The notes under the pieces are model-generated. The model was given only the letters and a program-made list of their open reading frames with translations. It did no database searches and was not told the DNA's origin. A DNA stretch of 60,849 nt, the filler included, from Streblomastix strix (Eukaryota): the NCBI GenBank assembly GCA_008636045.1. It is 3 parts of 3 records of this genome, joined end to end, with 100 filler letters (N's around TTAATTAATTAA, not from the genome) between each part and the next. Parts side by side here need not be neighbours in the genome. Positions count along the whole stretch, not along the records: positions 20,321 to 40,540 come from SNRW01000450.1; positions 40,641 to 60,849 come from SNRW01000451.1; 1 more part is not named here. The stretch is one strand, 5' to 3'. The translations under genes and the position numbers were made by a program. This document shows, piece by piece, positions 27,401 to 40,642 of the stretch (positions within the stretch are counted from its first letter, which is position 1; every line of letters starts with the position of its first letter).

Positions 27401-30158
27401 CCCTACTAAGTGCTTCATTAAATGACCTGATTTAGACACTACCTTCAGCATATCCAGCAGGAGGAGGATCTGAATGTCTCGATTTTTAATCGACTAGGTC
27501 ATATCCTTCTTAGTCTCATTCTGTTCTATGTTATTATAAAAGATCTTTGCTCATTATTTCTTCTAAGCGAGGGAAATATCCTTTAGATCTCTCTTCAATT
27601 TATGTATTGATATTTGGAGATAGTGGTGAGCGTTCCCAGATAACATCCATTTGCTTCAAATAAATTCAGTGTCTGTCCATGTCTCTTCCTCTCTGTATAG
27701 TATCTGCTATATGTTATATAACTAACCTATTTAGTGTCTGTTCCAATTAAAACATCTAAGCTGATTAAGTTGGTTATACAGGAGGTTATATTGGCCCGGA
27801 AGTTTACATCTTAACATATGGGAAGATAAATGGTTGTAGCTAGTAAACCTAAGGTTACTGTAGCAAATGTATTTCCTGCAAAGGTGGCTAGATTGGTTGT
27901 TGTTGTTCAATTTATTAATGTATCTAGGCCTACTGTTGGTCCAACTGTAGCTCTGGTAACTGGGCAGTTATTGGATCTGCTGTTAATGTTATTACTGTTG
28001 TTACACTTGTGTTGGAGCGGTTGGAATGAACTATCCTTAGTAATTAATCTACGGAAAGCGATTTTATCCCTTAATATATTGTAATTTAGGTGAGCCAGTA
28101 AAGGAGTTCTAGGCTTGCGGAGCCTGTATAAACCGTTACTATATGTTAAACGGGTTAGACGGGCCTTAATGTTAAATTCCAAAGGGTCCAGCTTACATTT
28201 AGTATAGATAAATCAAGTGTTATGCGTTAATTTCCTCTTGAGTTGGAAAATTCAGCAATCCTGGTCTGGTAAGGTCCGCTACGATTGAATTTACCAGTTG
28301 AACATTAGATGCTCTACCTAGTATTCTTGTTATGATCATAGCTGGTGTTAGGGCATGCCTGGCAGGAATTTGGTGCGAGTTTGTCGTATTATACTGCGTT
28401 TATAAATTTCTTACTATCGTAAGTAGGTCCGTGCCCGTCATCAGCATGAGTGACGCCTAATTTGCGACCATATTTGTCTGCTCTGTCTGCGCTACCGTTG
28501 ATTCAAATGTATTCTGACGTAATTCGGGTGTCTAATTGGCTGTAACTCGCGTAAGTGTGTAACAAACAGAAGTAAACCACTCTCTCTAGTGCCAGAGCCT
28601 TGCTAATAAATTATGCGTGTCCACGAAGGTTTCTCTAGGTTGAAAATCTAGGACGTGTGTGAGCACTAGCACCACCAATCGCCATGCTACGATGAGTTGG
28701 CTCTGTAAGTCGTGCAAAATTTTGTCCATGTTCCTGGCGCTCGCAGGTAGGCCTGTTTCCAGAATTGGAGCAGCGAGTCTTTATTTCAGGTCGGCTGCTA
28801 AGAGTGATCTAATCGTATAATACTCTAGCTGCGCCTGAGTCGTCACGTTCGTCCAAAGTTAAATCTGGTCCGCGCTCAGCCCTCCAAGGAGTTCAACGGC
28901 CCCTCCAGCTACCAGTTGAGCGTTCATTGCTGGTGTAATCAGTTACGACCTTGAGGTTTCAGCGTTCTGTGATAGTATCTCGTCGTCGGTCGAAAATATA
29001 TTAATTTTGCGTGCACCCGGCTGGGTGACGGTTGCGGGCGGAATATGCTACTGCGTTTGAAGAGAAGCTTGTCGGTTCGAAGGCAAGAAAGTACTTCCTT
29101 CGTTTTGGTATTTGTTTACATCGCTTTCCGAAATTTTTCAAAATCAATCACAGTTCATACTGGATCTTACACAAAAAAAAGCAAATAAATTCGTATTTAC
29201 TTCATCTTAAAAGGAGGGAAAAACATTTCCAATTAATTAAATAATAACCAAAGGAGTTTATTGATTCGAATTAAAAATTAATAAAAATGTTTATACTTTT
29301 GGAGTTATGAAATTTGGATTGAATATTCCATTTGGTAAGGGCTATGAAGCATAATCTTGTTTGATTTAATTATTGAAAATTAAACTTATAAATCATTTTT
29401 TTTTTAATTTTATGTTTGAATATAAGAAGTTTTTTATATTTTTATAATGATGATCTTTATCATTATAGATGGAAAAGATACGGCATACTTCTATCATGAT
29501 TTGCATAACATTAATTATAAAAATAAATAAATTTATTTCGTCAATAATATAATTATATCTATTTTTAAGTCATATATTTAAATAGGAGATTTATTGGACA
29601 AAATCGAAAAAAAAAGAAAGTAAATTTATCAATAAAAGATGGAAACATTAGAGCTATTGAACTTGATATTGCTATTCCAAGAACGGTAACGTTCTTCGTC
29701 AATTGAAAACAATTAACTTTTTTTATGTGCAATCTTCTCGAAACTGTCCAATTCTTTGTTTGTTCTTAGTTGTTTTGATTATATAATTTATATATAATTT
29801 TTAATAATTTTTAGTTCTTCTTATTTCTAAAAGATGAATCAATAGCTATTCTCTCATTAAAACGTCTTCAAAATCCAACTGCAACTAACATCTCAAATAC
29901 TAAGGAAATGAAATGAAAATGAAAATGTAAATAAGAGTTTAACCAATTCATAATGTAATAATATTAATTAAATAATACTTGTTAAAAATTTTTGATATAA
30001 ATACCTATTCTACTTGATTGATAGTTTATTAAACAATATAGGTTGATTGCAATTGTGTACATATGAGTCACACTTTTAGTTAAAGTATTTACAAGTTAAA
30101 TTTGAATTGTATAACCAATTTAAATTCAAAATTTATTTATTAATTATTCAACCAATAA

Positions 30159-31465
30159 TAGACTAGAAAAAAATTTTTTTAAACCAAATGGTTGGCTCAA
30201 TGGCTGACACTGTGGCTGGATCAATATATAATATTTAAAATTTTATATTAAAAAAATTTTTTTTTTGATCTCTAAGAAATTTTTATAAAAATATTGATAG
30301 TTATTTATTGAAAATAGGTAATTTTGGTTTAAAAATCATAATATGTAATCTAATTTTAATACAATTGTACATATGTAGAATTTCTTATTAAAATAAAACA
30401 GAAATAAAATACAATTTATGATAAATTTAGTTATTTAATTAATTTTATAAGTATATTTTTTGCTTAAAAAATTTTAATAATCAAATTTTAAGCAGAAATC
30501 ATATTGAATTACTGTATATTTCAACTAATAAACATATTTTAAATATATAATATTAATATTAAATTATGATGAAAACTATGATGAAACAATGTGTTATGGA
30601 GGAAAATGAAAATTTAAACTAATTTCATTATATGAAATGAGAAGAATACTACAAATGATAAGATTATTCTTCAAATAGTATATTTATACGCAAATCATAA
30701 AATTAATATAAAAATAACTTAAAATAACAAAATTTAAATAATATATATCTCTGATTTTATAGATTTGTAACACAAAAAAATACCTTAGAATTTATATGTG
30801 TCTGTTGTATAAATATAGAAAAAATTGTGGGAATACAAATGTAAAATATTTATAAAATATAATTTAATTTACGAAATATTAAAATTTATCTTGAAGCGAG
30901 CAAAATTTAAAAAATATTAGTTTTCGATTTGTAATATGTATATTAAATTCAAATTAATATGTTTTTATTTTGAGCAATGTTATTAAGAAATTTGATTATC
31001 ATCAACAACATTTGATATATTAGTTCAAAAATTAAAATCATTTATTTAAATTATAGTTACTCACAGGCGCATAATTAATAATTTATACAAAATTTATTAG
31101 TATATATAATATATACCTAAGTATAAAGTTTCCAAACTGTAATTATGAAATGCTATTCCAGAAAAATCTTAATTCTGAGGACAGATCGATCATAGTTATG
31201 GCTCAGACAAAGCCGGACTATGGCCGATCTGACGACGTTAAAACGTTTTTCAGAATAACAAAATTTTAGAAAGAGCTTTTTAACTCATTTTGATGAATAA
31301 TATATATATTATATATAAAAAAATATTTTATAGATATAACATTAATGTAGTCTATTATTTAGGTTAATTTACTTTATTTATTTTTTTATTAAAGATATTG
31401 AAAGAAAAATAAATAAAAAATGGCTGACTCGAGACACGGGAGCCAGCCAATCGTTTTCCAGCCTA
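30159..31465. mobile_element. Probable second hAT-like non-autonomous element (~1.3 kb)
   Basis: Left TAGACTAGAAAAAAATT vs reverse complement of right end TAGGCTGGAAAACGATT (13/17 identical). AACCAATA lies at 30150-30157 and 31466-31473 (1-nt offset on the left). GC-richer subterminal TGGCT/AGCCA motifs surround an AT-rich interior. Confidence 0.55.
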
Positions 31466-31683
31466 AACCAATATCAGTTACTATCATAATTAACTAGAGT
31501 TTTTAAATTTCTGGTTTTGATAGTTATCAAGAAGATTAATTTTTTTAAAAAATAAAAAATTTGATAAATAATATAAATTAATTTCATTTTCAATTTTAAA
31601 TAAATTCCATTATTTGTGGGTAAATAAAATAATCCCATCTAAACATTCCTCCAAAAAGATATAAGCTCTTCGTTAGTTTATTT

Positions 31684-34600
31684 ACTTTCTGGGCACCCGA
31701 CAATGGGCACAACCCGGAAAAATCGTGATATGGTTAAATTAAATAGTAAATAAAATAAAAAATAAACTGTGTTTCAGTAACAAGAACATGTGAAAGCGTT
31801 AGATGTTCATAAATCATCAGTTTTTTTCTTTTGCATTGGCGCTTCATGCTCTCCATCTGTACAACTAATTATCTAGACTTCTGAGCTCTCCTTTTGCCCT
31901 AAATTCCCAAGGATTGGAACGTTTTTATAAGGTGGGACAAACGAAGAGCTCATATCTCTTCCGGAGGATTGTTTATATTCCTCCGGGTTATAAACAACAT
32001 CTTAAAGAGATAGTGAATTATTCGATTGTTTATTGACTCGCACAATAATGAAAGGATCCTAGAGTTGAGCTACATCTTCAACATTCGCAGCGTCTTATTG
32101 AGCCTTTTAGCCATCCATTACTTCGGCTGAAGTCATAAAATATTATAAAAATGGTTAAAAAGTGTTCATGGTCTCAATGAAGGATTGTGATTGAGTGATG
32201 TTAGTGCCACTGTGAGGTTATGAAACTCCAAGTGGCTAAGATATGGAGTAAGAACCCCAACAGGTCTTTTTATTTTCCATTCTACATTGGATCTATCTTG
32301 TTCTATCTCCTCCAGTAATGTTCTCTCTTGTTCTTCATCTTCCTCATTGTCGAGTTCTTCTTCCGTCAATTTAAGTACATATATGGCAACTACGTTATAC
32401 TGTTCTTGTCATAATATTTCCCGACTGTGGAGGCAATGTCAGAGTGGTGAGTGAATCTATCAACTTGCACACTACTGACATTATATTTTGGGAGTTCAAT
32501 TATTACAGCTGCTCAAATGGAAGTAACTGAGTATGTCTTGCTAATGCCGGCAGCCTACATTACTGCTCTTATGGCTTTACTAAGATCATCAGCTTGGATA
32601 TATTTCTCAAAATTGCTGATGCTCCAGAGTTCCTGGACTTTGTTTCGAATGTTTGGTTCTCGGTCAGCAAACCAAGACTTGAACTAACGCAGTGAGCAGA
32701 TTTTCTTATCAGAGATCTTGTAGATTTTGAATTCTGCAATTCTTTGAGAGGTTTATAGAATAGTTGTTTAGATTATGTACTCATCATTGGATGCGTCAAG
32801 TAGTGTGACTCTATGCAGTTCAGCTAGCTTTGCCACAGTGAACACTATTACTAATCTGGCAGCTATTGCTCTCCTATTCTAGATTGTAAGGAAATTTTTA
32901 TTCTAGTAATGGAACTTCAGTCTTGATGTAGTTTAATAAAATGTTTAAATCCAAGAACTGTTTTTCTTTATCTATTTGTCTAAGACTCATTTTGATCTTT
33001 CGAATACGCTGCTTTACTAAGTCAGAGTGGATCTATTATTCTGAGTGTCCCTTGAATTTGAGTAATACTGCTAATGCACATCGTTGATTCTTGACTGAGT
33101 TATCTTAGCACTTTTGGTTTAGTGCATCTTCCAGATAGTTTGCCATGAAAATCTATGGTTATTCTAGATTAGGAGGTACTAAGGCAATTGATGAATCCTC
33201 TTAAGATATCCGGCTAACAGTGTGAGCCCAGAGATGAGTGATCTCCATTAGCTCGACCAGTTACAAATGACTTGGTCAATTGCATTGGAACTCAGTCCAC
33301 TGGCCTGTAACAGTTATCTGAAAAGATTTTCACTCTCTTTGTTCCTACCAAAAAATGTAAATCAATCCTGTTTGCAACGCCCTGCCTTTATTTCTGTGTT
33401 TCGATCCTATTAATAAGACTTGCGAATTCTCTTCAAAACATATCTTCTGTATTTTGATCATTCAGAACTTTGTGTACCATTTTTGATACTGCCAATCTGG
33501 TGCTATCATGACTGCTGTTGGAATTCATTCCTTCTTGACTTATAATAGTTTTCAGTAGTTAAAAGACAAGTGAGTGATGTAAGGGAACTTTCATAATCCA
33601 TTCTAGACAGAATCAATTTCGCTTGACTGCACATTTGTCTATTGAGATACTACAATACCTCGTGCATTGTCGGTTCGCACATACCACAAATAAGTAAATA
33701 TGCATCTAGATCCCAAGCTCATTGAATGTCTTCTTGAGGGATTCTCTTCATTGCGTATTTTCTGCCACTGGATAACCTTTATAAGCTATCTAATATAGCG
33801 TTTGAAAGGCCAGGAATATTACTTGCTTCCATTGTCTAACTATGTTATTCTGCTAATTCGAGAACTTTGTATACTGGTGGAGCGATAGTAATTGATCCTT
33901 TGTCCTTATTGATGCAGTAGATTGTAACTGTCTTGTTTATGAGTAATCGCTTTCCAACAGGCTGTTATTAAATCAATTATTGATGGAATTCTAGAAGAGA
34001 TTTCAGAACTGCTGTCACTTCTCATTGATTGGAGCTCTTAAGATTACTGTTCTTCCACTCTCCGTGTGCGAACACCTTCTCTTTGTTCTCTCTGGTTAGT
34101 GTTGCCTCCGATCCTGAGCTCGATGCTTCAGTCAAGAATGTCATCCACTTGGTTAGTCTCATGAAGTATAGTGGTTGAATATGGGCTAACTTATTAATCC
34201 ACCATGTTATGTCTAGTGTCGTGAACTTATTAGGTTGAGTCCACATATTCCAGCCTCTGCCGGTTACTTTTTTGTCTTTCTGCTTCTAGATCTTAATTAA
34301 ATGAAGCGTGCCTCGTTTAAATTGTGCTCTTGTGCATTGGATCTCGCCAATTACCAATGCCAAGTCCTTTGTTCTTACGTATTTCTTTCTCTTGGCTAGT
34401 TCCATCAGATGTCTTAATTGCTTCAACACTCCTCTCCTTCGGGATGTTGTCGTTTACATTGTCATTGTTCTCATGTTCCACTGCCAGCCCAAAAACTCTA
34501 ATATCTGCGAGGGTTTATCATGCTCTAGTTAATTGCAATCATCCATCCAAATTCTTGTAGAATCATCATTACTTATTATATTTCGTGTTATAATACTATG

Positions 34601-36727
34601 GGAACCTAATTCAGGATCAGAATATCGTCTACATAGACGAAGATTCTCGAGCTGTATCGCTTCCTAGCCTCTGCTACTACTGGTTGGAAGCATTTAGTAA
34701 AGGTTCTCTGGGCCGTTGAAACTCCAAACGGCATTCCTTTGTAGCTATAAGAGAGACCATTGAAGCTAAAGCATAGATATGGTCGCATCTCTTCTGCTAC
34801 TCTAATGTGGTGGAAGGCTTAATGCAGGTCTATTGTTGTAGCCCAATCGTTAAGCATTATTATTTTCTGAATGTTTGATATTCTCTTCTACATGAAATAC
34901 TCTGGTCGCTGCTTGCTACTCAAGATTCGAATGTCCAATATTTTTCTCCAATTTCTTTTTTTCTTTTGAATCGCGAATATTTGGTTCCAGCACTTAACGA
35001 AAGAGTCTGGGACCTAGGTTATAGCGTCGTCTTCCAACTCTTACAAGATAAGCTTGGATAGGCTCAAGTGTACTTCTGAGTTTTCCTTAAACGCGATCTT
35101 ATGTTTCAGTATTCCAATACAGTGAGAATTGTCTTAGTCTCTCCAGATTAGCGCTATATATCTCAGTATTTTATCACTCTTGTCTATCAATTTCCATTGC
35201 AGCATGAAGATCAATAATCCGGGGCTCGCTTTTTACTGGAATTATGTTAAAATCGAACTAATCTCTACCTTCCGTTGTGATATATGAGTTGCAGCTTGAT
35301 GGCAACTTGCAAATAATTGAATCTTGGAGTTTATTGTTAACGGTCACCCCAACTAGTCATTATCTTCTTCAGGTACATCATCTTTCTACATGCGGATCTA
35401 AGCTCCATTCTGCTCTTCTTCTGCTCCTTCTCTCGATATCAATCATAAAGGATTCTGCTCTGCACGCCTCTCGCGATTCTATGCATGTTGATTGTCATTC
35501 GGTTGCCTGTGTCCTCTTTCCCTATGGTTGTTGCGCCTTCCGTAGTACGGAGCGTTCTCGTATGTGGATGGACATTAAGCTGGGGCTGATCTATAGTTGC
35601 CCGATGCTTAATACCTACTCTATCCTTAGGTAGGATATACAAACCGAATCGACCTTAGACGCGCTCCTGCAGTTAGGCACATAAGATATGCATCAATCAA
35701 ATATCCGGATGGCAGTTACTCGGATATGGTGTGATGAATATCTGCAATCTGCACGCTCTTTGCAAGTGAAACTGCGCTAGCGCACTCAGCATAAACGTGT
35801 GAAGCTTCGCTCGGTTACATTTCGGCTGGGTTCGAAGTAGACCACAGATTCTCGTATCTCCGACTATTTGCTTCTAGCGACCTCTTCCAAGAGTGTCTAG
35901 GTGCAATCTTGTCTGGGTAAAATTTAGAATGTCTGAGCACTCCTACTATTTTGGCCATTTCTTTTCGAAGTTCATCATCTCTGTGGTGAAGTTAATGATG
36001 GTGATATCGGTTATGATGTCTATCTCTTTGTGGTGACCTAGAACGAGTAGATTTACCTGAATTCGAGGTTGAAGCACTGTGTCTCCTGCGCTTGCGCCTT
36101 CATGAATGCGTCCTGTGATGTTTAGAGGACTTTGAGCTACTTGTGCTGCTCGAAGACTCCGAAATGGACTTTTCAGTTCGTATATGATTATTTTTCTGCT
36201 GTGCGTGAAAATCTGAGTCTGAATCATCAATATTTGAAGCTGTGCTCGTTGGTGGATCACAGGGGCACGGCAATTACACGGTAGATTGTCCGGACTTTCA
36301 ACTAGTGATGAGTCATGCTCTAAGTTAATGCTCCATATAGAACATGAGCTACTCCTCCTAGCTATTAGCAATTTGCGCGTAAGTCATCTTCTGTTGCATA
36401 TCTATTTTCGAAAATGTGTTGTTTATCGCTGGAAATCTCTATATTAGGTCTTCGAATGCTATTTGTTTACTCAATATATACATTTTAAGAGCGTCCCGCT
36501 TCTTCATGTAACGGGGATCGTTCTTGTCGAAAGTCTGCGGAACAAAACCTTAGTCCGCTAAAAAGGCCTCGATTTCGGGTTTCGGCATGAATGCCGGGAC
36601 CAAAAGTGCCGTCCTGCCTTCGACATAAGCCGAGGGGTCTTGCTCTTGCGACGAATATGACCATTACTCCTTTTCTGCCATGAAAAGACTTTTTCGGGCA
36701 GGGCCCATTGGCTGATACCCTGAGAGT
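31684..36727 (-). mobile_element. DIRS-type retrotransposon copy B (different family, ~5.0 kb) with imperfect terminal inverted repeats; degenerate
   Basis: gag ATG ~36681 (MAEKEQWSY). RT: WNQIFAI, IDLHQAFHHIRV, GMPFGVS, VYVDDILIL (~34620-34635). RNase H: TEASSSG, SSNQ. YR: TYSVTSI, DRFTHHSDIASTVGKYYDK (~32400-32540). Inverted repeats at 31684-31722 and 36690-36727. Confidence 0.87.
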
Positions 36728-37589
36728 CGATAAACAATCGAAGAGCTCACTATCTCTTCAAGATGTAGTCTATAATCAGAAGGAATATAAATGGAGTCTA
36801 ATCAAGTAAAGAATAAAAATAAGAACAAAACAGTTTAGAATTTGAAAATGCTTCTGGATTGCAAACATAATCAACGCCATAATAACCTACAATAAATAAT
36901 ATACTTCAATACAGCCATTAACAATCAACTATTTTCAAATTAAATAAACAAAAATATTGGATATTAAGCAAATTTAAACTTTTTAGCACAAACAATCTCT
37001 ATTTTGCTTTTAAAAATCTGATTTCTGTGTCTGTGAATAAACTGTATATATTCATAATAATTTGCAACATAGTTACCATTACCAAATAGTTGATTGTTAA
37101 ACTTTCAACTTCAACAGTTCATCATAACAACAAAAATAACCTCCTCCTCGATTATCACAACGATCTTTCTTACTGAATAGACTATTAATATTTTTATAAT
37201 TCATATAGGATATAGAATATAATGAAATATGGGATAGGTAATACTCAAAACTGAAATATTGAGACAAAAAATATCCAAAAAAACTCCAATCGCTCCAACA
37301 TTAATATAATCTTAATAACCACCTCAACAAACACCTGAAGAGATGAATATTCAATATGTTAAAAAAATAAGTTTAAATATTATAAATTTGATATTGAATA
37401 TTAAGCCGAATTTGCATTGAATGCTGGGATATGTTTGAAATAATAAATTGTTATTATTATTAATTTTCAATAATCCCACTTTGGCAATTGAGGAGTCAAT
37501 ATACTTTATCCAACAACTTCACCTTTATTGAGTGATTGCCATCAGCTATTTGAAGTGATTCTTCTGGCCATTCCCCAAACAATGTTTAC

Positions 37590-40540
37590 AATGAGGTGGC
37601 CATTTTAAAAACTGCAAAAGAAAGGATGTAGCGCAAGTCCAATTTTGCGAACAAACGTCCATCGAATAGGGATTCATACTAGACTCCAAATTACGCGAAC
37701 TTAGTATCGCAAAACTAGCTGCAGGTCGCCATGCAACCGCAACCGAAGTTTATGAACGAGTTCTGTCAGAATATCGAGATAGATACATTAGACCCTGACT
37801 AAAGGATAGAAATACCAGAGGAGATTTTAATGTATGCGATGAGAGCAGCACATGTGCAATAAGCCGGACTTTCGGGGCTAGAAACATCGCTGAAAGATTT
37901 TACGGTGAGAAACCTTCAGAAGAGTAAGTTGCAGAAGTAAAACAATGCGCAAGAGCAGCGACAGACTTGGTAACGCGTAAGAGACCTACGAAACACAACA
38001 ATCCACAATAGTAACAGATACAAGCATTTGATCGAAATATTGCAAAGCTAGAAACGAAGTTTCTGAAACCGAATAGATTGCTACAGAAAATATCAACTTA
38101 GTTCGTGAAATGAGACTGGATAGCAACTCTGAAATTCAATTTGTGCACGATCATATGCATATACGACATTATTTACATGGTAAATATGAAGCGAACACTG
38201 ATGGGCACGACCGAACAGTGAAACTTATTGAAAACGCAACAGTCACCAGTAATACGTACAGGGTACAATAATTAGATGTTAGAATCATTACGAGTATTAC
38301 AATATACCGAATAAGCTTATTCGGCATCAGTAGATATGTTGCTTACGAGAATCATCGGATTCACAGGAGAACTTGACTAAGAACTTAAGAATATGACTGT
38401 GCAAAGAGTAGCTGACTTAATCAGGATTAGGCCAGAGATAATTCCACCAGAATGAGCTCAAAAACTTCGTAAATAAATAAACTCTTTAAATTTAATAAAC
38501 TGCTTTAACTCCACTGTTAAATCAATTACAACGGCAGATGCTGAATCCATTTGTATCACTCAACCCCCTTTTACATTCAATCTCCGCAATAGTAAATGTA
38601 AATGTAAGGATAACAACCATAACAGTTCCTCTTCCAAAACTTTAGACAATCAATGCAATACTCGATTTAACTAACTCATTTCTCAGTTATACCACCACTG
38701 AATCCGTTTTTAACAACGGCAAATCCACCGTTTACATTAACAAACGAACCTCGACTATCAATGAACCTAAATATGAGACAATATTAGAATTTGAACCATC
38801 CTATTCAGCTTGTGAACCATGCCTTAACATAACTAATTGAGTGACAGAGACTGAATGATTTAATAACCAGAAGTATAAACAATCTGTTAATTCCACCAAT
38901 ACCGGCATATCCAGTTCAACAAACTTCTCGAATAGCACATCTACCCTGCACAACCGAGAGAGATTAACAACGAAGACGGAGCAAAAGATGAATTACTCCA
39001 ACACACAGGAAAATGGACGAATCTGAAGAAGATGACTTTCTAGTTGAAATAATACCTGTAATAACAATACCATACTTACCACCATTAAAAACTAACATAG
39101 AGAAAGCGCAAGGATCATTATAAGAAAGAATATACGATCTAATAAGAGATTCGAGTGTGAGTTAACACAAAAACATAAAATTGCAAAGCAAATTAGCAAA
39201 ACAGAAGCGTTTCTTATTTAGACACTGGAAAAAATTTTGATCAGACGCAGGCCTCTCATTGGAACAGATTAACATGACATATTATTTGCCAATAGAATTT
39301 AAATCCCAAATCCTTCACGAAAAGTCAATGAAAATCGAAGCCGTAGCAGTAGCAGTTAGCAAATATAAGAAGACTGCATTAGAAAAGGACAAAACACAAC
39401 TCAATAAACCGATGGAGATGAAAACTGGACTGAAGATGATTAACACCACGGGCATCCGGATAAATAGAAACAAATCTAACATGATAGAAAGTTAAATGTA
39501 TAAATACAATTACAATACCAACCACAAAAATCATAAGTATAAAAAAAATTGGTAAAAGAAAACACAATTTAAAGTCGTTCAGATCTGAAGAATCCCATAT
39601 GTCCATTTCATCACGTCTTCGTTCATATTCACTTTCATTGAAAAAAACTATATTAAATACAATTTCACCTGAAGATCTTCAAGTACATAAGGAATAAGAA
39701 CTGGAAAGGAAATAAACAAGACCGCAACAATATTCAGGACTAGCGGAAGTAGTTTGAAAGTTTCATGAAACATTGAAACATATAATTGATGAAGAAAGAG
39801 AGAAACATAAGGTCATATTATCAGTATAATAAAGAGAATACCTGAATAAAGATGGTCCCTCATTCTTCTATCCACTAAAGAACTATCTCTATACACAATT
39901 GCCTAGAATTAAAGATTAAGATCTTTCCGACTAACAACAGCTTTTGTATAATGAGGTCGTAAGCGAGGGCGTTGTCCCCTTATGTCTTTTACTAAGCGAT
40001 GATATCTTGATTTGAGTAAACTTTCCAAAAGGATCATACTTCCCAAAACTACTAAATATCAGCAATATAGCCGCAGAATTCATTAATGTTCACCCTCAGA
40101 TATATCAATCAATACCAGAAGCAATAATAGATTCAATAATATTAGCTACAGAATATATTATATAATAATTAGAAACGAAGAGAGAAGATCAATTAGAATT
40201 AAAGACTGAACTAGAAAAAATCGTAGCAGATTGATCAGATGACAATAGAGACAAAGATCAATTTGTGCACGCAATCAAATTCACACATTTCTCTAACGGA
40301 GACGATTGATTCTGAAAGAATGGCAGCAGGACGCAGATATATGCCACTTTCAATGCAGAAGCTAATCCTTATATCAATACCTCAAAAATATCAGCTAGCA
40401 CACCACTTTATAATATAAAGGGATCAGATGGACTCGGAGGAAACGGTTGCGGAACACAGTTACAGGCAGCAACTAATGAAAATTGAAATTTAAACAATTA
40501 GGCGATCGATTACACCGGCAATGAAGACAATAACGAACAA
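37590..40540 (+). pseudogene. Degenerate gag-like ORF1 of a further DIRS-type element, cut by contig end
   Basis: Coding-like, GC-richer sequence with scattered TGAs and frameshifts. Segment FDRNIAKLETKFLKPNRLLQKI parallels MDKILHDLQSQLIVAWRLVVLV in ORF1 of copy A and is followed by a similar P/Q-rich tract. No RT is reached before the contig ends. Confidence 0.45.
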
Positions 40541-40640
40541 NNNNNNNNNNNNNNNNNNNNNNNNNNNNNNNNNNNNNNNNNNNNTTAATTAATTAANNNN
40601 NNNNNNNNNNNNNNNNNNNNNNNNNNNNNNNNNNNNNNNN
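40541..40640. other. Artificial contig-joining spacer
   Basis: Same N/TTAATTAATTAA/N linker as 20221-20320. Confidence 0.97.
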
Positions 40641-40642
40641 TA

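Larger units (their letters stand above)
20321..29150 (-). mobile_element. DIRS-type tyrosine-recombinase retrotransposon copy A, degenerate, ~8.8 kb, long ORF1
   Basis: Minus-strand order: gag-like ORF1 (~29100-24600), RT, RNase H, methyltransferase-like domain, YR. Many frameshifts and TGA stops. Boundaries approximate; the 3' end abuts the contig start. Confidence 0.85.

Noticed and set aside
29280..29700. Possible Rab-GAP TBC fragment (AIELDIAIPRT)
   Set aside because: One weak motif with no consistent reading frame; at most a decayed fragment.
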